The translations under genes and the position numbers were made by a program. DNA of 60,440 nt, filler included, from Dugesia japonica (taxonomy: Eukaryota): the NCBI GenBank assembly GCA_001938525.1. It is 5 parts of 5 records of this genome, joined end to end, with 100 filler letters (N's around TTAATTAATTAA, not from the genome) between each part and the next. Parts side by side here need not be neighbours in the genome. Positions count along the whole stretch, not along the records: positions 1 to 13,047 come from MQRL01609789.1; positions 13,148 to 24,128 come from MQRL01593317.1; 3 more parts are not named here. One strand, written 5' to 3'. The stretch's first letter is position 1, and the number at the start of each line of letters is the position of its first letter. The notes under the pieces were generated by a model. The model saw nothing but the letters and a program-made list of their open reading frames with translations, was not told where the DNA came from and made no database searches. Below are positions 1 through 14,295 of the stretch, piece by piece.

Positions 1-802
1 AGTTCACTTTTTTGTTTAATTTTTAATAATTATGTGTTAATTATGTAAAATAAGGAAGTTTCATAGACCAAATTTTTATTTTTTTGTAAAGAAAATGTAA
101 AATGTGAAAAGAAAAAAATTCCACCAATAAAAATAAGATTTTACTTATACAAAACATTTTAACACTTTAAATCATTTAATGAGAAACTTGGCCTTGTATT
201 TCTTTGCAAATTTTTTCGATGTCGGGTCTTACTTCGGATATTGCGGTTCGTATTTCCTCTTCAAAATTTTCAAGTCTTTCACCTTATTAGTTTTAATATT
301 TGTAAGAGTATTAGAAAATCCTAGCTCGCATAAATAAAACGTTGAAAAATTTATAAGTATTTTTAAAGCTCTTTCTGATTGCAAAGGATGAAACTTTCTG
401 CTTGTGAGGATTTGTGTTTAAGAATATTTTAAATTTTATCATTTGTTTTGATATTGTTTTTCTTTATGATTAGATTTTGTAGATTTGTTAAAAAGTTGAA
501 TAAAGGATTGTAGTTTAAATATTGAGAATTTTGTAAAGCGGTTTTCAAAATAAGACAGTAATTCTGTAATAAGTGTAATTTTTATTTGTCGAATTTTATT
601 GTAAATATTTTAATTGAAATATATTATTTTTTATTAAAATTGTAATATTGGGATTTATAATTTTGCAGGAATTAATATTCAGATCCAAGGAATTTTTAGA
701 AGAAGATAGAGACAATCAATTAATTTTATATGAATAAACTTTGTAAAATAATTGTAATTATGTTATTGATATTAACTCTAACACTGCTCAAACTGAAAAT
801 TC

Positions 803-1070
803 TTCGTGGAACCCCGGATGGGAACCACTGAATTAGAAGATAATAAATTACAACAAATGGTGATGAATAAAAGTGTTTTTTAGAAAAGTCAATAGATTAT
901 TTAAGGTTAGAATGTGCAATGCCGTCTGGAAACAATAAAAAACATGACAAAATGATAATGGACAAATAGGTCATGTGACAAAATCAGGGATAAACGAATT
1001 ATATTAGATCAGGGCCGACCAATGATATATGGCGCCTTTAGGCAGATTGGTTTAAGCGCGCTCCCCTTAA
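803..1070. mobile_element. Orphan hAT-type termini of two non-autonomous elements
   Basis: ...GGAACCCCGGATGGGAACCACTG (~807-830) resembles a hAT right end; CAGGGCCGACC...GGCGCC (~1010-1036) resembles a hAT left end; partner ends not seen. Confidence 0.4.
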
Positions 1071-1749
1071 ATTTTTAGTCAATAAATTTTTTGAAGTTTG
1101 GGGTATAACACCTAGTAAAAGAAATAATAATGGCAATGAGTAAAAGAAAAATTGAAGAAATGACATGAAAAAGAGAAAGGAAGAATCTAGTTGATAAAAG
1201 GTCGGAAAAAATTAGTTGAAGAAGAAATGAGTAGAAAATTAAAACTTGTACCATAACAATCTGGAAATAAAAGGAATAACTTAGTAAACGAAAAGAAAAG
1301 AAANNNNNNNNNNNNNNNNNNNNNNNNNNNNNNNNNNNNNNNNNNNNNNNNNNNNNNNNNNNNNNNNNNNNNNNNNGAAATAAAGAAAATCAAATTAAAA
1401 TAATAATTGAAGAGGAAGAAAATAATTTAACAAATCAATTATTAAAAGAAAACGACTAAATTAAATTAAATTTCAATTTAAAAACGGAAATCGGCAATCC
1501 AATCTATAAAGAAGAAGAAAAGAAAATAAATAGTTTATTTTATTAAATAAAATAAATTATATAAATTAAAATAATTTATTATAAAAANNNNNNNNNNNNN
1601 NNNNNNNNNNNNNNNNNNNNNNNNNNNNNNNNNNNNNNNNNNNNNNNNNNNNNNNNNNNNNNNNNNNNNNNNNNNNNNNNNNNNNNNNNNNNNNNNNNNN
1701 NNNNNNNNNNNNNNNNNNNGATCAGGAAAGAAGATATAAGGATTTTAAA

Positions 1750-1920
1750 ATTAGCCAATCAAATTCCAATAATTTTGGAATTCCGAAACTTTGTTCAATA
1801 ATAAGAAATCAGGTGATAGAATTTGAGTATCTTGTCCAATGAAAACATAAGAAAAATCAGAACATGTGCATTGGCCAATGAGAAGAAAGAAGGCGTACTA
1901 AAATTTAGTATAAATACCGT
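1750..1920 (+). promoter_or_regulatory. Pol II promoter-like cluster, probably within an LTR or other repeat
   Basis: Several CCAAT boxes (GCCAATC, TCCAATG, palindromic CATTGGCCAATG) followed by TATAAATA at ~1909. Confidence 0.4.
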
Positions 1921-2117
1921 TCAATTTTGAACATTAAATCATCAAAAAAGTTTTAATCAAATTAGCAATTAGAATTATAAATTGAAGAGGTGAGGATTTT
2001 GACTAGTTTTTATTATTTTTGTCACAACAACGGTTTCCGATTTAAAAGAAAAATCGCATATAGAAGATTAAATTAATTGGCATACAACTATGAATAAATT
2101 ATTAAATTAGTCTAAAA

Positions 2118-2190
2118 ATAACCAGACACACATGCGTGTGTATGAAGTAATCATAAGATAACCAGACACGCCTGCACGCTTATGAAATAA
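2118..2190. repeat. ~40-bp tandem duplication
   Basis: ATAACCAGACAC....TATGAA.TAA occurs twice. Confidence 0.6.
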
Positions 2191-3442
2191 ACAATTATCG
2201 GTAAATGGAATTAATGCAACCAGGTCGTCATGGTAACATCAATCAATCAGGTGCTTCATCCGAATCGGTCAATGGCTCATGTTAGTCATTGTTTATTTGT
2301 GTAATTTTGTAATTTTACAGTTGATGAAGTTTTTACTACTAATATAATTGTCAATAATTGATTTCTTTTTTATANTGAATTAGTAATCATTAAAGTAAAT
2401 AACAAATTTCCATTAACTGATAATGTTAAGTAACATTCTTTAATTAAGGATAATAATTAATAATTATTAAAGTTGTTCAATGTTAATATTAGAGTTGAAT
2501 AATGTTAAAAGATTTTCCATACATAAAGTACGTTGATTAAAATATTTATAAATGATTTATTAAAAATGCTCATTAATTATTCTATTGATATTGACCTATA
2601 AAGATAATGATTTTCAATAATAAGATAAATATATTCCCCGTTTAAGTCAAACAATAGTGAATAAACCGTACTTGGTAATTTTTGCGATACGTAGTATTGA
2701 TAATAAATATAGGAATGATATCAAAACTCTAATAATTAATAATTTTAATCAATAATTATATCATGATAGGATTACCCGGGATAATAATTNNNNNNNNNNN
2801 NNNNNNNNNNNNNNNNNNNNNNNNNNNNNNNNNNNNNNNNNNNNNNNNNNNNNNNNNNNNNNNNNNNNNNNNNNNNNNNNNNNNNNNNNNNNNNNNNNNN
2901 NNNNNNNNNNNNNNNNNNNNNNNNNNNNNNNNNNNNNNNNNNNNNNNNNNNNNNNNNNNNNNNNNNNNNNNNNNNNNNNNNNNNNNNNNNNNNNNNNNNN
3001 NNNNNNNNNNNNNNNNNNNNNNNTAATAACCTTCCGATGGTCTAACAACAGGATCATCTACAACAACAAGAGTAACAATGGTCTGATTTAATTATGATTC
3101 AGAATGCTGTCGTCATCAGCACTGACAATAAGATTTAAGCATGCGTCACAGATAAGAGCGAGTATCATAAAATATGGACCCAAACCAAAAGGGTGCGAGC
3201 CTGTACTTTAACTACGGATTGATATTCCACGGCTCCAATCCAAAAATCTAGATTTTTGGGACTCTAGATCAAATTCTTCTCGGGGTTATACTAGGCCAGA
3301 CCACCCTAGACTTGACTTAAATTTAAATTACCTAGATAGAACCACCACAGAAGGTACATGTTGAAAAAAAATATTTTAAGAAAAAAACTTAATTCAAATT
3401 ACAAATTTTTAATCAAAATATACACGTTTTATTTTTAATATA

Positions 3443-3612
3443 CCGTATTTTCCGCAAGATACCGCGCATCTTAATAATTTTATCGAATTGATAAAATAAA
3501 CACTTCGCTTTTGAATTTGATTTTTTCCTGTATATAATGCGCATAGTCACATTTGCTCTATTTTCCTATTTTTTGTATAGATAGCGCGCGCGGTATCTGG
3601 CGGAAAATACGG
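3443..3612. mobile_element. Tc1/mariner/pogo-type MITE
   Basis: 25-bp TIRs CCGTATTTTCCGC(A/C)AGATACCGCGC with 1 mismatch; TA flanks at 3441-3442 and 3613-3614. Confidence 0.9.
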
Positions 3613-3766
3613 TAAATAATATAATTTTAATAAAAATGAATAAAATAAAATCTTCAAAAGAAAAGTATTATAAAACATGCGTAAAATTTAATTTAGAAAC
3701 TTTGTTTCGTTCCATTTCATTTTAAAGTTTAAACTTACTACATAATATATATATAACAATTAAATT

Positions 3767-4310
3767 TTAAATCAAAATTATGAATTCAAAAAAAATTTTT
3801 CGGGCTTTTGGTGATTCGAAATTTCTAGTTAGTTCTTCAATATCGATGTGTTTTAAAAGGTTTTGTTCTATGGAAATCATAGATAAACCATGTAATCGCT
3901 CTTTAGTCATACAGGATTTTAAATTATTTCTAATTAACTTGAGTTTAGAAAAGCTCCTTTCCGCGCTTGCTACAGAAACGAGTAACGTTAATAAAATACA
4001 AATAGTTAGGAATAGATTCGACAAAGAAGACATTAATTTATATTCAATAGTGAATTGAATAACTTTATCGGCTGACATGTTTTTTATATGAATACACTTG
4101 ATTAATATATTTAATTTCGTGAAACAAATCCGTTCCCGATATATCATGTACTTCTTCTGCTGTCAAAAGAATTTCAAATGCATACATTTTTTTAAAATTT
4201 CCGTATTATTTATATCCTTACATTTATTCCAATTTTAAAAAGTTTCAAAATTTTTGATATGTTGCATCAACAAGTTAAAACAATCCTTCACTATCTCATT
4301 TTTTAGATTA
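3767..4310 (-). pseudogene. hAT transposase C-terminal dimerization domain remnant
   Basis: LLTLLVSVASAERSFSKLKLIRNNLKSCMTKERLHGLSMISIE matches the hATC motif. Confidence 0.9.
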
Positions 4311-5159
4311 TCAGTCAGTGGCGACTCAGTGCCTTCCCACCAAAATGTAAACATTTTAAAATCATTATAGCTATTACATTACTATACAATTATTTTACAA
4401 AAGATAATTTTTTTCGTTCGTTCTATATTTATTTTTGAATTGTAAATACTGGGTACCTCGATAGGTGTTCTGTGTTTATTGTATGAGTTAGTGAGATTGC
4501 GTAATAATCATGTTCTCAGTCAGTGTAGAGAAAGTTTGGTTACGACATATGGTTAGATAGAAAAATGTAATTTCTAAGAAAAAATATAAATGAGAAAAAT
4601 GTAGTAAAACAAAAGTTGTTATTCTTTCATTTTAATCAAATAAATTAATGTTATGACTGCATCCACGCAAATAATAGATTTGTGTGCGATTTTCATAGTC
4701 TAGTACTATAGTGTACAGCCGACGATCCAGATCACGATATTTCTTTTAAAAAATCTATAAAAATCAATTTAAATGAAATGTTTAAATTTGAAATATTTGA
4801 ATTCATAATTGAAGAAAATATCCAAAAACATCTGAATTTATTCTTAATTCGCTAAATAAATTTCTGGAAAACTGAAACTTTTATGGGGTCATTTTTTATT
4901 AATTTAATTCAAAGAAAAATAATAATGTAATGCAATATATTATATATGCATTTTAAAATACCACAATTTAATATATTTAAATAATTTAAAATAAAATATA
5001 TTTTTACATTGTATTATTTCTACAAAGTAAAAAAATAATTAAGAATCATATGGAAAATAATAGAAATTTTTAAATGAATTTTAAAATGATAGAATAATAA
5101 AATGAGTAAAATTATAACATTTGTAAAGAATGCTGTTTTAAAATTGAAATGGTTAAATA

Positions 5160-5262
5160 TTATTTTTGTCCGCGACAAATTGTTCGTTTTTTGCTCCTAA
5201 TTGCCAGCTGCGAATTGTTATGCGGCAAATTGTCTGCGCCGATTTCTCCTGGGACGTATTTT
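5160..5262. repeat. Subterminal short repeats of a DNA transposon
   Basis: Repeated AATTGT(C/T)..GCG units. Confidence 0.4.
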
Positions 5263-5269
5263 CCAAACA

Positions 5270-7800
5270 CTTTATTAACATCTGTATTTCATTGAAAGAT
5301 TTTACATTTCCCAATTGTCGCTCGCTGATTGTCCAATAATATTCATTCTATAACTATTTAGTATCTATCTCTGATTGCTGTGAAATCATTACTCCGATTA
5401 TCAAAAAATATGATAAATTATCATGCTTCATCCATCGATTAACCTGCTAGATTTCTATAAGTTTTTTCTGTTTGAAGCTTGTTCTTTTACTGATCCTCAT
5501 TATAATCTCAATTGTACTACTTCATAGCTCTTGAAAACCCTTGGACATCTCTGTACACAAAATACAGTTATTCTGATTACATACTGGTTGCATAAATTTA
5601 ATTCCAGAACTACTGTTAATGTTTTTGAGTTTTTTGTAAAAATTCTTTTTGGTTACTTCGAATTTCTAAGAGTATTTTACATTTACACCTTGATAAAACT
5701 ACTGTACACTGTTTTACATCATCGATATATGTTGGTCACATCTTACTCTTCTCTCCATACCACATTCTTTCAGTAGCCTCATTTAGATTCAGGATTGTGG
5801 ACTTGCTGGGTAGTCTATTGATTTTGGATAAGAATAATTCTACACTGTAAGTTTGTAACTCCTCGATTTGTTGTCTGAAATCCTCGACTATTTTGTTTGC
5901 TCTGTTAAGGGTCTTCATATAACTTTTTTCTTCATTCATATGTTTTTTGTAAATTTATTCTCCACTACACCAAGATCATCATTTTAATTGTTAAATTGGT
6001 TCGATATGTTTTTAAATTTAAGCGGTACAGCACTAGTAAATTTATAGCATGAAAATGTTGAAGTTTCGGGATTTTCTTCATTTAATCCCCTTTTTCTTAA
6101 AAAGCAGATATCATGAGCATTTCTTAGATGCGTTTATAGTCTACTAGTTGATTCACCGCAGGTTTTCATTTTATTATTGCATTTGATACATTTTGCCAGA
6201 TTTCCTGATTTATTTCTCAGAACATAATGTCAAATGGAAGTTTTGTCTGTAACGCCTTTTTAATTAATTCAGATTCCATCTTAAGGCTATTAAAATAAAA
6301 TATATATCCCAATAATTAAAAATATGCAAATATATACATTAAAATCTATCTGTAATTTAAATGTATTAAATATAGAATATAATTTAATTACATTAAACAA
6401 TATTGATAAATATCAAATAATATTTTTGCACAATATATATATTTGTTAAAAATTGCGAACTTTATTATTATATAAACGAAACTTTATTATTATAGAAACA
6501 ATAGCGATATACCAGTATTCTGTATACAGATATTACAGACCCTAACTGTCGCATCTCTAAAAATCTTTATACATCATTACTTAATTTTGTCACACTTTAA
6601 TTTTACGAATATTAAAATTTGTGAATATTATAAATTGTATAGCCTTTTCCATCATTTTTGCATGTTTTGTTTTATTGTTTGGTAGCGATCCGTTCTATTT
6701 TCAGTCTCTTTGACTTCTTCCTCTTGTTTTGTCTGATTTCTAAAGTAACTTTCCCTATTCGTTTTGTTCCCTTATCTATCCTCCTTGAATGCTGTCTGTT
6801 TTATATTGCATTTTTCTAAATCACTAAATATTCTATTAGCTAAATATTCTATTAATGTTTCTCTCGGTATTCAGATAACATTTAACACATAGGTTTACGA
6901 TATTATCCTTGATGATTGGGCATTTCGTAGGTTTTATCACTTTGCATTTTTTGCATGGTGTTGATTCGTTAGAGTTTGCATTTTCAAATTGAACTTGATT
7001 ATTGAACATCCGTTGCTCCTGCATGTTTGTTGTAATCACTTAAATGTCCATTAGAAAGGGTTTGTATGATGTCTTCAAATAATACAATGTATTTGGACCT
7101 TTCATATTGAATCATCCGCATCTTGGGTTGTCGCATTTTCGGTCTCCCTTATTCAGTTCGTCTGTCACTGAAAAATAACACTGATTAAGTATGTCACGCT
7201 TATTTTCACTAATATTTTATTTATCTCCTAATTTATATATTTGTAAAATTTTTTCAGTAGTCAATTCTATATTACGTCTNNNNNNNNNNNNNNNNNNNNN
7301 NNNNNNNNNNNNNNNNNNNNNNNNNNNNNNNNNNNNNNNNNNNNNNNNNNNNNNNNNNNNNNNNNNNNNNNNNNNNNNNCCCTATGTTCATCAACTCGAT
7401 TGTCATTTTATTACATTGCCTACATGATGATTTATTGATCTTAAATTTTTCGTTCTTTATCAACAGTAGTTCTTGATTAATATTATTCTCTACCAGAACT
7501 AAGTCTTCATAAGTTCATCGTAAATAATGAAATAATATTATCATTATGAGCATCTTGTGCAATGGTGCTGTAACCAGCTTTGTTTCATAACAAAGTTTAC
7601 ACTGTTTTTGTTGTATTTGATTTTCAGCTTTGGTGATTGCTAATGCGGCGCCTTCCATTTCTGATACTTTCTTGGTTATCATTATCACTCATTGTTTTGA
7701 TCTGATTGGATATCATCATATCATAATCATCATCGATTATGTTTGATTTGAAGCTAGCTCGCTTTGTTTTTTACGCTTTCGATTTCGCTTCTTCATTGTT
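5270..7800 (-). pseudogene. Decayed long Cys-rich extension downstream of the Gypsy integrase, interrupted by a hAT fragment
   Basis: Broken reading frames collinear with pol, containing CKLC, CRQC, CKKC...CVKC and CNQNNCILC. Confidence 0.5.
5990..6544 (-). mobile_element. hAT 5' fragment with BED zinc finger
   Basis: TAGGGTCTG terminus on the minus strand at ~6544; AKCIKC..MKTCGESTSRL*THLRNAH is a BED finger. Confidence 0.7.
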
Positions 7801-10760
7801 TCTTTATTCTCATCTGTATCTGTGGCTGCCACTTTACATCGTGATACATGAAAAATAATCGGTTTCTTCAGTAGTTTTCCCACTTATTTCACTTTCAAAT
7901 TTGTTTGCAGTTCTTTCTAACACTAAATATGGCCCTATGTTTAGTCTCTTTAATTTGTCCGTTGTTCCAATTTCGATTGCTGGTGTATTAACCAATACTA
8001 AATCTCCCTTTTTAAACATATGTAGTTTCGTATTATAATCATACAATTCTTTGTAACTTTCTTGATTAAATTTCGTATTAAATTCCGCCAATTGCCATAT
8101 CTTTTACATTCTCTTCTTCATCTCTGCGACATAGTCATCCTTATCCATATACTGTGATATTGGTGGCTGATGTTCCAAATCTATTGATATATTACATTCT
8201 TCACCATACATCAATTTAAAATGCCTTTGTTGCTGGATGCAATATCATTCGATACGCAAATAGACATAAATTAAATGTTTATCTTAATCTCTTTGTGCTT
8301 TCAACGCATATCTTGATAACATTCTGACTAANNNNNNNNNNNNNNNNNNNNNNNNNNNGCCTGTCTGCAATTTGTAAATATTAAAATAACTAGTAACTTC
8401 CTTCATCAATTCACTCATGGAAATATTTCCTAGGTCCGTCAATATTTCTTTTTGTGGTCCGTATCTACTAAACAATTTATATACTAATACTTTTGCAAGC
8501 GTCGATACTTACTGATCCTTTAATGCATACGCTTCAGGAAACTTCGCTATATAATGTACGACTGTTAAGATGTACATTATTCTACTGTCCGTTGGTGGAA
8601 ATGGTCCAATTATATCCATCGCAATTATACCTGGCACTGGTATTGGTTGTAACAGAACTTTAAATTTCTTTTCCGTTCCTTTTTTGTTGCACAGATTTCA
8701 AATTTATAAATCCATTTTTACGCATGTCATTATATGAGGCATATTATACTTTGTTCGTAATTTCGATTCGGTTTTCTTTGCAGAAATATGACCTCCTAAT
8801 ATTTCTTTATGGTATTACTCTAGTGTCTTGGCTCATCAGCATTTCAGAATTACTAATAACATTTGAGCACCTTTTTTCAACATTAAACAGTTGTTTACAA
8901 CTGCATATCGCCAACATATTTTCTTTAAATTTTATCTTCATCACTTTATTACAACTATCTCTACTTAATTCACAATGAGAAAGATACTTCATAATTATTT
9001 TCTCTTTCTTATCGTCATCTTTATCCTTTTTAATCTTGTAAAATCTTTATTTTCTGTCAATATCATACACAATGTTCTTAAATCTTGATTTCTTAATTGT
9101 TGTAAATTAATAAATTCACCGTTCTTAACTGTATTTACTATAATTTCTTCTGGTTTGTCTGTAAAATTTTCCCTTGACATGTCATACACATTTGAATAAC
9201 CTTTTCATTTTTTAAATTTGACTAAAAGTACATATTCTTGTTATTGCATAGCCATTCTCGCTATTCAATTTGCTTGTAGTAGCTTTTGTGAAATCATTGT
9301 TATCGGTTGATGATCTATATAGATTACTAATTCCTGTCTAAGTATAAACTGATTGAAATGTTTTACGGCCTTTACAATTGCTAAAATTTCTCGTTCATCA
9401 GTACTGTAATACTTTTTTTATCCATGAAACATTTTACTGAAATATTCAATTACTCTTTCCCATCCTTCTTTATCTAATTGACTTATTACGGCTCCCGTGG
9501 AATATCTGCTCGCATCTGTTGCAAGTATAAACGGCATTTTAAAATTTGATTGTACTAATATCGGTGCTGTCATTAATTTCTCTCTGATTGTCTCAAATGA
9601 TTTTTGATATTCGTCTGTCCATATGAATTTTACATCATGTTTAACTAATGATAAAATTGGTCTCACAATTGTTGCAAATGCTTTGATAAAGTTTGCCATT
9701 TCTCGAAAAACTTGAATGTCGTTCACATTTTTTGGTACTGATAAATTCTTGATTTTCTCGATATTTGTAGGATCCTGATGTTTTCCTTTGTCTGATAAGA
9801 AATGTCCTAATAATTCCCTTGATCCTTTGCCCATTCGCCCTTAATTAGCTTTATTCTCAGTTTTTATTCTCTGATTCGTACAAATACATTTCTCAAATCC
9901 TTAAATGTTCCCCGAATGTAACGGAAAATATCATTAAATCATCTATGTATACCATACACTGTGGAATTCCATATGTCACAGAATTCATGCATGTTTTTTG
10001 CTTTTNNNNNNNNNNNNNNNNNNNNNNNNNNNNNNNNNNNNNNNNNNNNNNNNNNNNNNNNNNNNNNNNNNNNNNNNNNNNNNNNCATTTCCCCTATTTT
10101 CTCTTAACCGTCGTTTTCGACCATTTAAGCATCTTTGTCATCCATTGAGGTCAACACTCCAATTTTCGAATTCAGATAAATTGTCATCTTTTTCTGTCAT
10201 ATTCAATACATTCACTGGAAATTTTCCTTTATTTGATGCTTTTACGATCTCTCTCGCTGCGGGTAATTTATATCGTTTGAGAACTCGTCATGTGGTTTGA
10301 AAAACATATCACCTTTGCACTCTGTATTTTTTTCGCGATGCAAAGCACTTGACTACTCATTAGTATCACAACCTTTTTGTTTGTAAACACTTCATTATCT
10401 TTTGAATACTGATTCTCCTTCCGAACTTGTTATTTGTCATGTTGTCAAATCTAAAATTACATTTTCATCCACAATGGAATAAAATCAGTTCCCAAAATAC
10501 AATCTTCATTCATTTCCATTATGGTCTTCTCATAAAATACCGTTTGCCCTTGATGCTCAATACGACTAGCTGACCACCATTTGATACAAGTATTTCCGAA
10601 TTTGACAGCGTAATATAAGGTCATCTCGTTGGTGGTAATTAAATCATAATGTAACACTAATATTGTTATCCTGTATTCAATAAGGCTAATTTAACTTTTC
10701 CATCGATTTTGATATCTACTAGCACTCTAGATCCCACTTCTGAATAATCCTAGCATACAT
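7800..10760 (-). mobile_element. Decayed Ty3/Gypsy pol (protease-RT-RNaseH-integrase)
   Basis: FILATDASRYSTGAVISQ...RVIEYFSK (RNase H), LLGHFLSDKG (RT thumb), IAMDIIGPFP and EILTDLG (integrase core), IGPYLV (GPY motif); many stops and frameshifts. Confidence 0.93.
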
Positions 10761-11373
10761 AATTTTTGTTTTCTAGTTTACTCGATTTGTTTGAGTTTAC
10801 GCCTCTAATTTTAGATATATTTCATTTTCAACAATTTCTCAGCTGATATCTCAACAACCCACACACAACATCTGTTCGTTTTATTACACTCCATTTTTGA
10901 ATGACCTTGGCAAGGGAATATATCGTCGGTAAGTTAAGATAAGCATTTGTCCGTTAATTTTTTTAATAGAATTTCAAAATGTTATTTAACATGAAAGAAA
11001 GGCTTATCATTATACTCTTATCTTCATTATATTTTTANNNNNNNNNNNNNNNNNNNNNNNNNNNNNNNNNNNNNNNNNNNNNNNNNNTAGCATACATAAT
11101 TTTTGTTTTCTAGTTTACTCGATTTGTTTGAGTTTACTCCTCTAATTTTAGATGTATTTCATTTTCAACAATTTCTCAGCTGATATCCCAACAACCCACA
11201 CACAACATCTGTTCGTTTTATTACACTCCATTTTTGAATGACCTTGGCAAGGTAATAGATAGTCGGTAAGTTAAGATAAGCATTTGTCCGTTAATTTTTA
11301 TAATAGAATTTCAAAATGTTATTTAACATGAAAGAAAGGCTTATCATTATACTCTTATCTTCATTATATTTTT
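10751..11373. repeat. ~286-bp near-identical tandem duplication across an N gap
   Basis: 10751-11037 versus 11088-11373 differ by a few substitutions; likely haplotype or assembly overlap. Confidence 0.85.
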
Positions 11374-12050
11374 ACTGCCCCATCAAATTTACCTAAAGTC
11401 ACTAACANNNNNNNNNNNNNNNNNNNCTCACTTTGGTAAACACTGGTCTAGATGTTGTCGATTATTATTATCATTATTCATATCATAAATATTAATATTA
11501 TTATCATTATTATAAAAATTAGTAAATGAAATACAAATTAAGGTAATCATCATAACCCACTAACTTTGAAACGAATAAGTATCTTATCTAGATAATTTCA
11601 AATATTTACACTGATTATTATGAAGCAAAAGCACTCGAATTCTTGTATCTAAATCAATTTTAATTAAATCCTTAAATTTATTTTTAAGGCATTATAATTT
11701 AGTCATATTTTGAAATATAAACTGAAATTAATGAAATTAGTATATNNNNNNNNNNNNNNNNNNNNNNNNNNNNNNNNNNNNNNNNNNNNNNNNNNNNNNN
11801 NNNNNNNNNNNNNNNNNNNNNNNNNNNNNNNNNNNNNNNNNNNNNNNNNNNNNNNNNNNNNNNNNNNNNNNNNNNNNNNNNNNNNNNNNNNNNNNNNNNN
11901 NNNNNNNNNNNNNNNNNNNNNNNNNNNNNNNNNNNNNNNNNNNNNNNNNNNNNNNNNNNNNNNNAAATTTGTTTTAATATTATTACATTTTAATTTTAAA
12001 AGTTTAAATTATAAAGTTTAACTGAAGGTATTATTTAAAATAATTTTATC

Positions 12051-13047
12051 ATGAGCACTACTGTTGGAAAATTGAATTTAAATGAATACTGGCTTTACAC
12101 TGAATTAAGACAAATAATAATAATGGAATCGGCGTTAGAAAAATTTATTAAATTGCAAATTTCCTTACAAGATATATCTGACATTAAGTTGCTTGCAAAT
12201 GTTATTTCAAATATACGGGATATCTGCTACTCATTTCAATATTTGCAAAGGAATAAATTGATGGAATTTTTAATTTCAAAAGTTGGAGAGTATTATAATA
12301 ATAAGGATTATTATTTACGTATAAGAAGCGTTCTAGTTTTCATTTACTGTCTGACATTATATGGATATCGTGATCAGAATAAATTAAGTAAAGAAATTTC
12401 TGAAATTAACAATTCTATTGATATGATACAATTAAATGTTTTAAGAAAATTAGAATCACAAGAAAATAAAAGCGATTATAATAATCATATTTATGCATTT
12501 TGTGTGACTTTTATTAATCAAATCCAGCTGTGGGTTGAATGGAATGGATATTCAAAGAAAACACTTGAATCTTTAGATAAATCCATTTTTCAGAAAAACG
12601 ATCTTATTGGAAAATCATTGCTCTATTTAAACAAAAGATTAACCAAACCTTTAGAAAAGGTACTTACTGTGGCACCGATGCCTTTTGACCATGTTTTGAT
12701 CAGCAGCTTCTACGGTNNNNNNNNNNNNNNNNNNNNNNNNNNNNNNNNNNNNNNNNNNNNNNNNNNNNTTCCAGTTAAAAGATCTTTAGAGTCAAATCAA
12801 TTACCGAACAACTTGTCAAAATCTGCTCGGTTGGAGTATTCACTGGAAAATATCAAAATCGATATAGATTCAGATAATTTCCAATTAATTAATCAGAAAT
12901 TAATTAATTTAATTGATTGTCCAACTAATCAAGTGAAAAATGAAATTATCGAAACTCTGAAATTGAGTCCAGCAATAATTATTTCATCTCAGAAATATTT
13001 GTACAATGAAGAATCGTCCGATAAAACACTCCACGAAGAGATTTATG
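12051..13047 (+). CDS. Unknown, predicted alpha-helical protein; 3'-truncated by the contig end
   Basis: About 330 open codons in very AT-rich DNA; the listed stop comes from the linker; no recognisable TE motif. Confidence 0.6.
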
Positions 13048-13147
13048 NNNNNNNNNNNNNNNNNNNNNNNNNNNNNNNNNNNNNNNNNNNNTTAATTAAT
13101 TAANNNNNNNNNNNNNNNNNNNNNNNNNNNNNNNNNNNNNNNNNNNN
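13048..13147. other. Artificial contig-joining linker
   Basis: Exactly 44 N + TTAATTAATTAA (stops in all six frames, 13092-13103) + 44 N; identical at four sites. Confidence 0.97.
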
Positions 13148-14159
13148 TTTATCTAATATATCTTATTGGGAAAGTAGTAAAATTGAATTTGTTTCATGTT
13201 TTGACATGAATGATAAAATCTGAATGAGTTCTCAAATAAAAAGTAAATATTCATTAAGTTTAATAATTTTGCTGTCGAAGTGTGTGCTACCATTTATTTG
13301 ATTTTTACTTATTTTCCTGGATATTGAAGTTGTCAAAAAGGTACAAAAAATAACTAATATGCTACAATATTTTTACCTTTCACTTTTACACCAATAAATT
13401 CTTTAATAATTGGAATTTCTGGTTTTAGGATTTTTTGAATTTCTAAACAATGATAAAATAATCATGACAATTAAACATGAAAAATGAAAGATTTTATTTC
13501 TTTTAAATCTATTTCAAAAATAAAGTTTGAATATAAAATATAAAAATCTATATAAATATAAATATATATAAATATATTATTATATATTATATATAAAATT
13601 ATATATAAATATATAATCAAGAATTCATCAGTATGCATTTTTGAATTTTCTGCAACTGAAAATGTTTAAAATTTTTATTGATAAGCTCTGATAATGATTG
13701 TTTATTTCCACAATGCAAAAACTAGCTTTTCTGTTATTAGTAGAAAGACCGCAATAATATTTTACATTATTGATTCTTTAAGTAGCTTACATGTAACCAT
13801 ACATCTTCGTTCTATTTGCATGCAATATATCGCATACTAGATATAAAGTTTCCTGAAAATATTGTTACATTACACAGATGGAAGGAGGTGTTAAAATGTC
13901 ATTTTTGGCGTTACGTGATTTACGAAAGTTCCATTATTTATAGATGTCATCTGATTTATTTATAGAAAATAATTTACCGAACAACAAGAACTTTGAGATA
14001 GATCAAGCTTTCTATGTAGAATATAAAAGATTCTAAAACTCTTGTTACTTAAGGTTGAATATTTTATTTTTAATTTGATACAAACAGTAAAATAATTGGA
14101 GTAAAGTAAAACAGCAATAAATGTGTTGCTGCAGCAATTAATTTTGACTACATGAAATC

Positions 14160-14295
14160 CATTTCCCAAGCCAATGAACGAAATCGAAATTCTAGAAAAA
14201 AAGCCCAATTTTTTCATAAGTAAGGATTTCAATCCCGGACCAGTTTTACAATCCTGGAATTTTAAGATCAAAGATTTAATAATCCCGGGATTTAT
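14160..14295. mobile_element. hAT-like subterminal ATCCCGG(G)A repeats
   Basis: AATCCCGGAC, AATCCTGGAATT, AATCCCGGGATT. Confidence 0.45.

Noticed and set aside
2761-3057. ORFs made mostly of X (also 11710-12021, 16618-17130, 29555-29890, 50809-51257)
   Set aside because: Open only because they span N gaps
3095-3130. CTGATGA on the minus strand as a hammerhead ribozyme core
   Set aside because: No properly placed stem II and GAAA follow it
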